DNA of 32,000 bases from Prochlorococcus marinus str. NATL2A (GTDB lineage: Bacteria; Cyanobacteriota; Cyanobacteriia; PCC-6307; Cyanobiaceae), in assembly GCF_000012465.1 (NCBI RefSeq), contig NC_007335.2:1230001-1262000 (forward strand), written 5' to 3'. The number at the start of each line of letters is the position of its first letter. The first letter of the stretch is position 1. The position numbers and the translations under genes were made by a program. Shown in pieces: positions 1 to 8,697 of the stretch. The notes under the pieces were generated by a model that had not been told where the DNA came from, made no database searches, and worked only from the letters and a program-made list of their open reading frames with translations.

Positions 1-835
1 TGATCTAAACCTGCTATAGCTTGTGCATCTAAGGCAGCGACATGGTCAGCTTTAAATCCAGCCATCGCTTCAGTATCAAAAGCACCCATGTGCTGGTAAT
101 CAAAACCAGCCATGGCCATTGGATCAAAAGCAGCAACATGGTCTTTACCTAGACCTGCCATGTAGCCGTAATCAATCGCCGCAAAATGATCCGCATTAAA
201 CCCAGCCATCGCTGTTGGATCAAATGCAGCAAATTGATCTTGATCTAAACCTGCTATAGCTTGTGCATCTAAGGCAGCGACATGGTCAGCTTTAAATCCA
301 GCCATCGCTTCAGTATCAAAAGCACCCATGTGCTGGTAATCAAAACCAGCCATGGCCATTGGATCAAAAGCAGCAACATGGTCTTTACCTAGACCTGCCA
401 TGTAGCCGTAATCAATCGCCGCAAAATGATCCGCATTAAACCCAGCCATCGCTGTTGGATCAAATGCAGCAAATTGATCTTGATCTAAACCTGCTATAGC
501 TTGTGCATCTAAGGCAGCGACATGGTCAGCTTTAAATCCAGCCATCGCTTCAGTATCAAAAGCACCCATGTGCTGGTAATCAAAACCAGCCATGGCCATT
601 GGATCAAAAGCAGCAACATGGTCTTTACCTAGACCTGCCATGTAGCCGTAATCAATCGCCGCAAAATGATCCGCATTAAACCCAGCCATCGCTGTTGGAT
701 CAAATGCAGCAAATTGATCTTGATCTAAACCTGCTATAGCTTGTGCATCTAAGGCAGCGACATGGTCAGCTTTAAATCCAGCCATCGCTTCAGTATCAAA
801 AGCACCCATGTGCTGGTAATCAAAACCAGCCATGG
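1..835. repeat. Base-perfect 240-bp tandem repeat, at least 3.5 copies, continuing off the left edge
   Basis: nt 1-240, 241-480 and 481-720 are identical base for base. 721-835 repeats the first 115 nt before diverging at 836. One unit is 5 x 48 nt, or 80 codons of the minus-strand CDS. Confidence 0.95.
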
Positions 836-2249
836 CTGCAGTATCAAAAGCAGCAACATGGTCTTTACCAAAACCGGCGACTGCGGTTGGGTCAAAAGCG
901 GCAAAGTGATCTCTACCAAAACCGGCGACTGCGGTTGGGTCAAAAGCGGCAAAGTGATCTTTTCCAAAACCGGCGACTGCCGTTGGAGCAAACGAGGCAA
1001 ATTGATCTCTATCAAAATCGCTAACCAAAGAAAACTCAAGATTGGAAATATCTTCTTCACTAAAGGAATCTGGTCTTATTCCACCTATAAGTTCAGCTTT
1101 TGCCCTAGCTTCTGCCCTTCTCCCCATCTCTTCCGCCCTAGCTCTACCTTCTGGGGTATCTGAGTAGTCTTCAGGTGCTAGGCCTGCTGCTGCTGCTGCT
1201 GCCTCAAACTCATCTCTTTCAGCTAAATCTTGAGCACTTGGTCCTTCAGGAGGTTCAAATCCATAAATGCCTTGTCCTTCTCCAGCCAATGTCATTTGGG
1301 CTAAAGCTTCCTCTTCTACTGCTTGAGAATGTGCTCGTCCTTCTGCAGTGTTTGCCCAGTCCGCAACACTAAGCCCTGCTGCAGCTGCTTGCTGATCTGG
1401 GCTCAATAGACCAGAAGGAGAAGGGTCAGGAGGAGAGAAAACATATCCACCTTGACCATCAACAGCCCAATTTGCTGGGGGCATTAAGGATCCATCTTCA
1501 CCTCTTTGCCATCCATCAATTTCACTTTGGCTGGCTTGCTGACCTAGATTATTGCCCGGTGAAGGGAGTATTAGTCCTGCGGCTATGTCCCTTTCTTCTG
1601 CCCTTCTACCCATCTCCTCAGCTCTAGCCCTGCCTTCAGGAGTATCCGAGTAGTCCTCTAAAGCGAGGCCTGCTGCTGCTGCTGCTGCTTCTAACTCTGC
1701 TATATCAGCTAAAGCTTCAGCAGATAGTCCTGGTGGCTCTTCTCTTCGATGATTTCTATCAAAATCATTTTCTGCTTCTCCAGGAACATATTCTCCTGAA
1801 GCTATATCCATAGCCTCCTGCCTATCTGCAAACGCCATACCCTCTTCAGTCATTGCCCAGTCAGCTTCACTAAGACCTGCTGCTGCCGCTGCTGCCTGGC
1901 TCTCGTTTCTGGCAGCTAGATCTCGCTCACTTAGATCTGGTGGTACATATCCTGGGATTTCAGATGGTGGTACATATCCGGGATCTCCATGTGGTGGTAC
2001 ATATCCTGGGATTTCAGATGGTGGTACATATCCGGGATCTCCATGTGGTTGTCCGGAATTACCTGATGGTGGCGTATATCCTGCATCTCCTGATGGTGGT
2101 GGCGTATATCCTGAATCTCCTGATGGTGGTGGCACATATCCTGGATCTCCTGATGGTGGTGGCACATATCCTGGATCTCCTGATGGTGGTGGCATATATC
2201 CTGGATCTCCTGATGGTGGTGGTGAAATATTTTCAGGTGTACCAGTCAT
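1..2249 (-). CDS. Giant repeat protein, N-terminal 749 codons (C-terminus lies beyond the left edge); paralogue of 3746..8377
   Basis: Not in the ORF track because no stop occurs inside the window. Hand translation of the minus strand from ATG (complement of 2247-2249) is stop-free down to nt 3. It reads MTGTPENISPPPSGDPGYMPPPSGDPGYV..., then Ala runs with two copies of AAAAAAGL..EDYSDTPEGRARAEEMGRRAE, then FDPTAVAGFGKDHFAA-type 16-aa repeats. Track ORFs 749..1060, 762..1163, 1175..1372, 1931..2167 and 1940..2260 are other frames of the same DNA. Confidence 0.8.
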   Translation of the reverse strand, partial: MTGTPENISPPPSGDPGYMPPPSGDPGYVPPPSGDPGYVPPPSGDSGYTPPPSGDAGYTPPSGNSGQPHGDPGYVPPSEIPGYVPPHGDPGYVPPSEIPGYVPPDLSERDLAARNESQAAAAAAGLSEADWAMTEEGMAFADRQEAMDIASGEYVPGEAENDFDRNHRREEPPGLSAEALADIAELEAAAAAAGLALEDYSDTPEGRARAEEMGRRAEERDIAAGLILPSPGNNLGQQASQSEIDGWQRGEDGSLMPPANWAVDGQGGYVFSPPDPSPSGLLSPDQQAAAAGLSVADWANTAEGRAHSQAVEEEALAQMTLAGEGQGIYGFEPPEGPSAQDLAERDEFEAAAAAAGLAPEDYSDTPEGRARAEEMGRRAEARAKAELIGGIRPDSFSEEDISNLEFSLVSDFDRDQFASFAPTAVAGFGKDHFAAFDPTAVAGFGRDHFAAFDPTAVAGFGKDHVAAFDTAAMAGFDYQHMGAFDTEAMAGFKADHVAALDAQAIAGLDQDQFAAFDPTAMAGFNADHFAAIDYGYMAGLGKDHVAAFDPMAMAGFDYQHMGAFDTEAMAGFKADHVAALDAQAIAGLDQDQFAAFDPTAMAGFNADHFAAIDYGYMAGLGKDHVAAFDPMAMAGFDYQHMGAFDTEAMAGFKADHVAALDAQAIAGLDQDQFAAFDPTAMAGFNADHFAAIDYGYMAGLGKDHVAAFDPMAMAGFDYQHMGAFDTEAMAGFKADHVAALDAQAIAGLD
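1938..2222. repeat. 30/27-nt coding microrepeats (PPPSGDPGY[MVT] x5, then alternating PPSEIPGYV / PPHGDPGYV)
   Basis: Direct reading shows tgatggtggtggc(a/g)(c/t)atatcctg(g/a/c)atctcc repeated head to tail. It encodes the Pro/Gly/Tyr-rich N-terminus of the 1..2249 gene. Confidence 0.85.
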
Positions 2250-2578
2250 TTAAGTATTAATTTGAAAATAAATTGAATGAAAAGATAGCAGATCTAGCAT
2301 AGTTATACAAAATTAAGGCTTGAAATATTAAGAAAAAGTTAAAGCAAGAACTGATTGATGTGATTTTTGTTTCTTATCGATGAACGAACTCACAATCAAT
2401 TCAACTAATCAGATAAAAATAATTAATTCGTACCAGCAGATTTACTAATTCCCTTTGAAAAAATTTTGGTGTGTTTACCCATCCGATATATCTGATTTAG
2501 AAGCTAAATTCCATTTGTCAGATTTTTTATCTGATCTTATTTATTGCTCTCTCGAGCAAATACTTAACGCTCTTTTTC
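2250..2578. promoter_or_regulatory. Divergent intergenic region that must hold the psbA promoter/5' UTR and the promoter of the 1..2249 gene
   Basis: A 329-bp AT-rich spacer lies between divergently oriented start codons. I could not pin down -35/-10 hexamers with confidence, so only the region is called. Confidence 0.35.
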
Positions 2579-3661
2579 ATGACCACCATTCAGCAGCAGC
2601 GTTCTTCGTTGCTCAAAGGTTGGCCACAATTCTGCGAGTGGGTTACTTCCACCAACAACCGTATCTATGTCGGTTGGTTCGGTGTTTTGATGATCCCTTG
2701 CCTTCTTGCGGCAACAACTTGTTTCATCGTTGCATTTATCGCTGCTCCTCCAGTTGATATCGACGGTATCCGTGAGCCAGTAGCTGGTTCATTCATGTAT
2801 GGAAACAACATCATTTCTGGTGCTGTTGTTCCTTCAAGTAACGCTATCGGCCTTCACTTCTACCCAATCTGGGAAGCAGCAACTCTTGATGAGTGGCTAT
2901 ATAACGGTGGCCCTTACCAGCTTGTAATCTTCCACTTCCTTATCGGTATCTCTGCATACATGGGACGTCAGTGGGAGCTTTCATACCGTTTAGGTATGCG
3001 CCCATGGATCTGTGTTGCTTACTCAGCTCCTGTATCAGCAGCTTTCGCTGTATTCCTTGTTTACCCATTCGGTCAGGGTTCATTCTCTGATGGTATGCCT
3101 CTAGGAATTTCTGGAACATTCAACTTCATGTTCGTTTTCCAGGCTGAGCACAACATCTTGATGCACCCATTCCATATGGCTGGTGTAGCAGGTATGTTCG
3201 GTGGTGCTTTGTTCTCTGCAATGCATGGTTCTTTGGTTACTTCATCACTTATCCGTGAGACCACAGGACTTGATTCACAGAACTACGGTTACAAGTTTGG
3301 ACAAGAAGAAGAGACATACAACATCGTTGCAGCTCATGGCTACTTCGGTCGTTTGATCTTCCAATATGCAAGCTTCAACAACAGCCGTAGCCTTCACTTC
3401 TTCTTGGCTTCATGGCCAGTGATTTGTGTTTGGTTGACATCTATGGGCATCTGCACCATGGCGTTCAACTTGAACGGTTTCAACTTCAACCAGTCTGTAG
3501 TTGATACTTCAGGCAAGGTTGTACCAACCTGGGGTGACGTACTTAACCGTGCAAACCTTGGTATGGAAGTAATGCACGAGCGTAATGCTCACAACTTCCC
3601 ACTTGACCTAGCAGCTGCTGAGTCTACTTCTGTAGCTCTTGTTGCACCTGCAATCGGTTAA
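2579..3661 (+). CDS. psbA: Photosystem II reaction-centre protein D1
   Basis: The 360-aa product is unmistakably D1: [40 protein letters not shown]..., [39 protein letters not shown] precursor tail. Confidence 0.98.
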   Translation: MTTIQQQRSSLLKGWPQFCEWVTSTNNRIYVGWFGVLMIPCLLAATTCFIVAFIAAPPVDIDGIREPVAGSFMYGNNIISGAVVPSSNAIGLHFYPIWEAATLDEWLYNGGPYQLVIFHFLIGISAYMGRQWELSYRLGMRPWICVAYSAPVSAAFAVFLVYPFGQGSFSDGMPLGISGTFNFMFVFQAEHNILMHPFHMAGVAGMFGGALFSAMHGSLVTSSLIRETTGLDSQNYGYKFGQEEETYNIVAAHGYFGRLIFQYASFNNSRSLHFFLASWPVICVWLTSMGICTMAFNLNGFNFNQSVVDTSGKVVPTWGDVLNRANLGMEVMHERNAHNFPLDLAAAESTSVALVAPAIG

Positions 3662-3681
3662 GTCTTTAACTTGATTTTCTT

Positions 3682-3710
3682 AAAGCCCTCTTTTTGAGGG
3701 CTTTTTTTTT
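3682..3710. terminator. Rho-independent terminator between convergent psbA and 3746..8377, possibly bidirectional
   Basis: aaagccctc-ttttt-gagggcttt hairpin followed by a T9 run. An A-rich tract on the other side could serve the minus-strand gene. Confidence 0.75.
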
Positions 3711-3745
3711 GACCTTTTTTTAGTGTCTATATATTTGATTAATCC

Positions 3746-6700
3746 TCAAAACAGGCCAGTCACCTCACTAAATAAAGCCTTATTCTCTAACGACTCAGCA
3801 AAACCTAATAACAATTCTCCTCTATTTTCTTGCCCACTGTCTAACTGCTCAACCCAATAATCATAACCACCTTGATCTGCATCTCTACCAAGAATATTTT
3901 TATATAGATTGTTCACATACGTTCCTGTGTCAACATCAGCTCCATAAGTAGATTTAAACTCTTCAGAACCTAAGAAAGAATCAGCTACTTGACGGTTACT
4001 ATTTTCACCAGACGAGTTTTTATCAATCCAATATTCAAGTCCATCAGAATCAGGGAATCTTGCAAAAGCAGCGTTGTAAACCCTAAACATTTGTCCCGTT
4101 GAATCATCTTTCGATTTCACCTGATCAAACGTCTCTTTAATATCGCTAATTCCACTAAAAGATTTATCATTAAACTCCAGTTTTGGAACGCCAGTAATAT
4201 CATCGAATCCATCCTCAGTCTTAACTTCTATTGTTCCATCTTCTCTTTTAAAGAATTTAAAGTCTTTACTATCACCCGTATATGTTTTAACAACATCTAG
4301 TTTAGAAACGTCTACCTTCTGATCGGCGAATTGAATATATTCGACATTCTTTAAAGTGTCATTTCCATCATTCAGTCCCTCTCTTTGATCTTGAATCGCA
4401 ACTGTATCTTTTGTTCGATCAAACTTATAATCAGCAAAATTTCCGGCATAGAACGCAACATCTTCTCCTTCTCCTCCATCAATAAAGTCTGACCCCAAGC
4501 CACCAAAAATCTTGTCAGAAGTCTCGCCTCCTTCCAATCTGTCATCACCGTCATCTTTACTCTTTACTAGCGACGCCCAATGGCTTGTCGAATCCAATTC
4601 AGCTCCATCTCCTTGGGGTTTCTTTAAATCATCAATTTCTTGCCATGGATAAGCGACTTCACTAATGGGTTTTTTATCTAAAGCAACTGCCGTTGGATCT
4701 AGAACTGTAGCGTCTTCTGTTCCAGATGTTGCTGCCTCTTTAATGGGATCCGTAGTCGCTCCCCAGTAACCCGCTGTTTTATTCGCCTCATTATCTAGTG
4801 ACGTATCAAAATGCTTGGCATCTGTCACCCAAGCACCATTAGTAGCCTGATACCCTCCTGCTGATTTGATTTCTTCCGCTGTAATCCCTTCTGGAATTGC
4901 AGGCTTTACTTCTCCTTCTGGTGCTTTCCATCCATCTTTCTCAAAATCTTCTGATTTCACCCATTGGCCAAATGGATCCCAAAAACCTCCATCAGTTTTA
5001 ATATCCGTCGCTGCAGGTGGTGCCCAGGCAACAGTTTGAGCATCCGCGCTTCCTTCTCCAAAATGAGCTACGGAAGAAACCCATTTTTTATCGGCATCAA
5101 AATATCCACCGTTCTTTTTAATTTCATCGGTTTCAGGAACAGTTCCCGTGTTATTCAAAAACTCCTTGGATGTGACCCACTTACCATTGGGGTTTCTAAA
5201 ACCACCATCTTTTTTAATCAATTCATCTGGAGGGACAGTCCATCCAGCTGATGATGGATCTTTGAAATAATCGTCTTCTTTAACAAACGTTCCATCAGAT
5301 TTTGTAAAGCCTCCTGATTTAGCAATTGCATCTGCTTCTGGTGGAGTCCAAACAGTCGTTTCTGCTGGTTTATCTCCAGTTGTTCGTTTGCCAAAGAAAG
5401 AATCTGCTGTCATCCATTCACCATCAGGTCCCCGTAGACCGCCTTCCCAGCGAATGATCTCGTCTTTTGGAAGCACCCAATTTTTAACTGCTGCCGCAGC
5501 ATCAGGTGCCATTTTTGCTAATTGATCCGGAGTAACCGCAGCAAATGATTCTGGATCAAGTTCTTTTAAGGTCTGACCTTTAAATCCAGCCATTGCTTCT
5601 GCGTCAAACGCTGCAATGTGCGTTGGATCAAATCCCTCCATCGCCAAGGGATCAAACGCTGCAATCTGATCTTTTCCAAAGCCTGCTACTGCAGTTGGGG
5701 CAAAGGATTTGAAATGATCTTTTCCTAGACCTGCCATGGCATTTGGATCAAATCCAGCGACCTGATCTTTTCCTAGCCCTGCCATCACGGTTGGATCAAA
5801 AGCTGCAACCTGCTCCTTTCCAAAGCCAGCCATTGCAGTTGGAGCGAAAGCCGCAACTTGATCTTTCCCAAATCCAGCCATCGCCATTGGATCAAATCCT
5901 GCAACTTGATCCTTTCCAAAGCCTGCCATTGCGGTTGGAGCGAAAGCCGCAACTTGATCTTTACCAAACCCGGCCATCGCCATTGGATCAAATCCTGCAA
6001 CTTGATCCTTACCAAAGCCTGCCATTGCAGTTGGATCAAACGCTGCTAAATGGTCTTTCCCAAAACCACCCATCGCAGTCGGATCAAATCCTGCAACTTG
6101 ATCTTTATCAAAAGCAGTCATTGCAGCAGTGTCAAAAGCCGCTAAATGGTCTTTTCCAAAACCACCCATCGCCTCCTTATCAAAGGATTTGAAATGATCT
6201 TTGCCTAAACCAGCCATCGCCATTGGATCAAATCCTGCAACTTGATCCTTACCAAAGCCTGCCATTGCAGTTGGATCAAACGCTGCTAAATGGTCTTTCC
6301 CAAAACCACCCATTGCAATCGGATCAAACGCTGCGACTTGATCCTTATCAAACGCTGCCATTGCAATTGGATCAAACGCTGCAACATGGTCTTTCCCAAA
6401 GCCACCCATCGCAGCATTATCAAAGGATTTGAAGTGATCTTTCCCTAATCCAGCCATCGCAGTTGGGTCAAATCCTGCTACTTGATCCTTACCAAAGCCT
6501 GCCATTGCAGTTGGATCAAACGCTGCCAAATGGTCTTTCCCAAAACCACCCATTGCAATCGGATCAAACGCTGCGACTTGATCCTTATCAAACGCTGCCA
6601 TTGCAGTTGGATCAAACGCTGCAACATGGTCTTTCCCAAAGCCACCCATCGCAGCATTATCAAAGGATTTGAAGTGATCTTTCCCTAATCCAGCCATCGC

Positions 6701-8377
6701 AGTTGGGTCAAATCCTGCTACTTGATCCTTACCAAAGCCTGCCATTGCAGTTGGATCAAATGCCGCTAAATGATCTTTTCCAAAACCTGCCATCGCAGTT
6801 GGATCAAATCCTGCAACTTGATCCTTATCAAACGCTGTCATTGCAGCAGTATCAAAAGCCGCTAAGTGATCTTTTCCAAAACCACCCATCGCGTCCTTAT
6901 CAAAGGATTTGAAGTGATCTTTCCCTAATCCAGCCATCGCATTTGGATCAAATCCTGCTACTTGGTCTTTACCTAGGCCTGACATAACAGTTGGATCAAA
7001 AGCCGCTAAATGGTCTTTACCAAAACCACCCATTGCAGTTGGATCAAATGCTGCAACTTGATCCTTACCAAAGCCCGCCATTGCAGTCGGATCAAATCCT
7101 GCAACTTGGTCTTTACCAAAGCCTGCCATTGCAGTTGGATCAAATGCTGCAACTTGATCCTTACCAAAACCACCCATCGCAGTCGGATCAAATCCTGCAA
7201 CTTGATCCTTACCAAAGCCCGCCATTGCAGTTGGATCAAAGGCCGCCATTTGGTCTTTGCCAAACCCTGCCATTGCTTTGGCATCAAAGGCTGCAACTTG
7301 ATCTTTTCCTAAACCTGCCATTGCAGTCGGATCAAATCCTGCAACTTGATCCTTACCAAAGCCTGCCATTGCAGTTGGATCAAATGCGGCCAATTGATCC
7401 TTACCAAAACCAGCCATTGCATTGGCATCAAAAGCCGCAACTTGATCTTTTCCTAATCCTTTAACTGCATTTGGATCAAATGCCGCAACCTGATCTTTTC
7501 CAAAGCCTGCCATCGCAGTCGGATCAAATGCTGCCATTTGATCTTTCCCAATTCCTCCAATGGCATTGGCATCAAAAGCAGCCACCTGATCCTTCTTGAA
7601 GCCAGCCATTGCTGTTGGATCAAATGCTGCCATTTGGTCTTTACCAAAACCGGCCATTGCATTGGCATCAAAAGCCGCAACTTGATCTTTTCCTAATCCT
7701 TTAACTGCATTTGGATCAAATGCCGCAACCTGATCTTTTCCAAAGCCTGCCATCGCAGTCGGATCAAATGCTGCCATTTGATCTTTCCCAATTCCTCCAA
7801 TGGCATCCTCACTAAAGGCTGAAGCTTGATTAACGTCAAAAGAGGCAAATTGATCTTTTGTAAAATTCCCCATTTGAGAGGCATCTACCTGTCCGGCAGC
7901 AATACCTCCTATTTGCCCTGCTTTCGTTGGGTCACCCTTAGGTCCTTCTGGCATGAAACCATGACCCATTGGAGGCGGGTTATCACCTCCACCTAGTTCT
8001 CCTTCAGGCTTTACGTCTGCACCTTTAGGAGATCTATCTTCGCCCATTGGAGGATTATCACCGCCGCCCATTGGAGGATTATCACCGCCGCCCATTGGAG
8101 GATTATCACCGCCGCCCATTGGAGGATTATCACCGCCGCCCATCGGGGGATTATTACCGCCACCGCCGCCCATTGGAGGATTATTGTCGCCGCCACCGCC
8201 GCCCATCGGGGGATTATTACCGCCACCGCCGCCCATTGGAGGATTATTGTCGCCGCCACCGCCCATTGGAGGATTATTGTCGCCGCCACCGCCGCCCATC
8301 GGGGGATTATTACCGCCACCGCCGCCCATCGGGGGATTATTACCGCCACCGCCGCCCATTGGAGGATGATTACTCAT
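3746..8377 (-). CDS. Giant modular repeat protein with C-terminal DUF4214-type module (putative secreted/surface protein)
   Basis: Single 1543-codon ORF. From N to C the modules are: 12 x PPMGGG(GG)(D)NN; about 48 x 16-aa FDPTAMAGFGKDQVAA; 6 x ~35-aa W..P..DEIKK.GGF....G.WV....F; one RTX-like Gly/Asp stretch (GGLGSDFIDGGEGED); a linker FKFFKREDGTIEVKTEDGFDDITGVPKLEFNDK; and a DUF4214-type pair ending LLGFAESLENKALFSEVTGLF. There is no N-terminal hydrophobic signal peptide. Confidence 0.9.
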   Translation of the reverse strand: MSNHPPMGGGGGNNPPMGGGGGNNPPMGGGGGDNNPPMGGGGDNNPPMGGGGGNNPPMGGGGGDNNPPMGGGGGNNPPMGGGDNPPMGGGDNPPMGGGDNPPMGGGDNPPMGEDRSPKGADVKPEGELGGGDNPPPMGHGFMPEGPKGDPTKAGQIGGIAAGQVDASQMGNFTKDQFASFDVNQASAFSEDAIGGIGKDQMAAFDPTAMAGFGKDQVAAFDPNAVKGLGKDQVAAFDANAMAGFGKDQMAAFDPTAMAGFKKDQVAAFDANAIGGIGKDQMAAFDPTAMAGFGKDQVAAFDPNAVKGLGKDQVAAFDANAMAGFGKDQLAAFDPTAMAGFGKDQVAGFDPTAMAGLGKDQVAAFDAKAMAGFGKDQMAAFDPTAMAGFGKDQVAGFDPTAMGGFGKDQVAAFDPTAMAGFGKDQVAGFDPTAMAGFGKDQVAAFDPTAMGGFGKDHLAAFDPTVMSGLGKDQVAGFDPNAMAGLGKDHFKSFDKDAMGGFGKDHLAAFDTAAMTAFDKDQVAGFDPTAMAGFGKDHLAAFDPTAMAGFGKDQVAGFDPTAMAGLGKDHFKSFDNAAMGGFGKDHVAAFDPTAMAAFDKDQVAAFDPIAMGGFGKDHLAAFDPTAMAGFGKDQVAGFDPTAMAGLGKDHFKSFDNAAMGGFGKDHVAAFDPIAMAAFDKDQVAAFDPIAMGGFGKDHLAAFDPTAMAGFGKDQVAGFDPMAMAGLGKDHFKSFDKEAMGGFGKDHLAAFDTAAMTAFDKDQVAGFDPTAMGGFGKDHLAAFDPTAMAGFGKDQVAGFDPMAMAGFGKDQVAAFAPTAMAGFGKDQVAGFDPMAMAGFGKDQVAAFAPTAMAGFGKEQVAAFDPTVMAGLGKDQVAGFDPNAMAGLGKDHFKSFAPTAVAGFGKDQIAAFDPLAMEGFDPTHIAAFDAEAMAGFKGQTLKELDPESFAAVTPDQLAKMAPDAAAAVKNWVLPKDEIIRWEGGLRGPDGEWMTADSFFGKRTTGDKPAETTVWTPPEADAIAKSGGFTKSDGTFVKEDDYFKDPSSAGWTVPPDELIKKDGGFRNPNGKWVTSKEFLNNTGTVPETDEIKKNGGYFDADKKWVSSVAHFGEGSADAQTVAWAPPAATDIKTDGGFWDPFGQWVKSEDFEKDGWKAPEGEVKPAIPEGITAEEIKSAGGYQATNGAWVTDAKHFDTSLDNEANKTAGYWGATTDPIKEAATSGTEDATVLDPTAVALDKKPISEVAYPWQEIDDLKKPQGDGAELDSTSHWASLVKSKDDGDDRLEGGETSDKIFGGLGSDFIDGGEGEDVAFYAGNFADYKFDRTKDTVAIQDQREGLNDGNDTLKNVEYIQFADQKVDVSKLDVVKTYTGDSKDFKFFKREDGTIEVKTEDGFDDITGVPKLEFNDKSFSGISDIKETFDQVKSKDDSTGQMFRVYNAAFARFPDSDGLEYWIDKNSSGENSNRQVADSFLGSEEFKSTYGADVDTGTYVNNLYKNILGRDADQGGYDYWVEQLDSGQENRGELLLGFAESLENKALFSEVTGLF
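5545..7860. repeat. 48-nt (16-codon) coding repeat array, about 48 units, with 240-nt higher-order periodicity
   Basis: ggatcaaa(t/c)gc(t/c)gc..-type units repeat every 48 nt. Blocks 6181-6420 and 6421-6660 differ by only a few bases. The start of 6661-6900 is identical to 6421. 7428-7565 is identical to 7668-7805 (240-nt offset). Confidence 0.9.
8040..8365. repeat. 27-36-nt coding repeats (PPMGGGGG(D)NN x12)
   Basis: cccattggaggattat(t)..caccgccgcc units read directly from the sequence. They generate the spurious track ORFs 8011..8349, 8047..8391 and 8184..8369 in other frames. Confidence 0.9.
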
Positions 8378-8697
8378 TGCTCAATTATTAATCTTTTTAA
8401 TTTTTAGCTTTAAAATTTCCAATTGGCAGAAATCTTTAAATTTTTTGATTAACTGGCAATTGATAAGGAAAGTCGATTTAGGAAAAGCATCAAAAGATAA
8501 TTTTTAAAAATAATTGATTAATTTCAGCTCCTCATTCTTGTCATAGAAGAGAAGTTCAAATAAAATTATATTAAATTCGTGAAATTTAAAACAATAAACA
8601 ATAGGTAATTTTATTTTAAAAAGAATTTCTTTCTGTAATTCTGGTAGTTTTTATCCAATATCCAATAATATAAAAAATAAAAGTAAAGATAAAGCAT

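Noticed and set aside
749-2260. Track ORFs 749..1060(-), 762..1163(+), 1175..1372(+), 1931..2167(-), 1940..2260(+)
   Set aside because: They are alternative frames or the opposite strand of the long stop-free minus-strand frame 3..2249. Their products are low-complexity echoes of the DNA repeats (for example HHHQEIQD and LLMVVA runs). The family-consistent translation is the third minus frame.
2430-2445. GTA..TAC element upstream of psbA resembling an NtcA box
   Set aside because: The spacing is 10 nt rather than the canonical GTA-N8-TAC, so it is not called.
2455-2757. 100-aa ORF overlapping the psbA start
   Set aside because: It is out of frame with the unmistakable D1 reading frame, which starts at 2579.
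1-7860. Very regular 48/240-nt periodicity that could superficially suggest a CRISPR-like or satellite array
   Set aside because: There are no unique spacers between repeats, the arrays are in frame within long ORFs, and the repeat units encode a consistent 16-aa peptide. These are coding repeats.
4372-8391. About twenty short ORFs on both strands inside 3746..8377 (e.g. 5743..6192, 6223..6432, 7010..7312, 8011..8349, 8047..8391, 8184..8369)
   Set aside because: Tandem repeats keep several frames open by chance. All of them are nested in the 1543-codon ORF, whose C-terminus matches six other genes.
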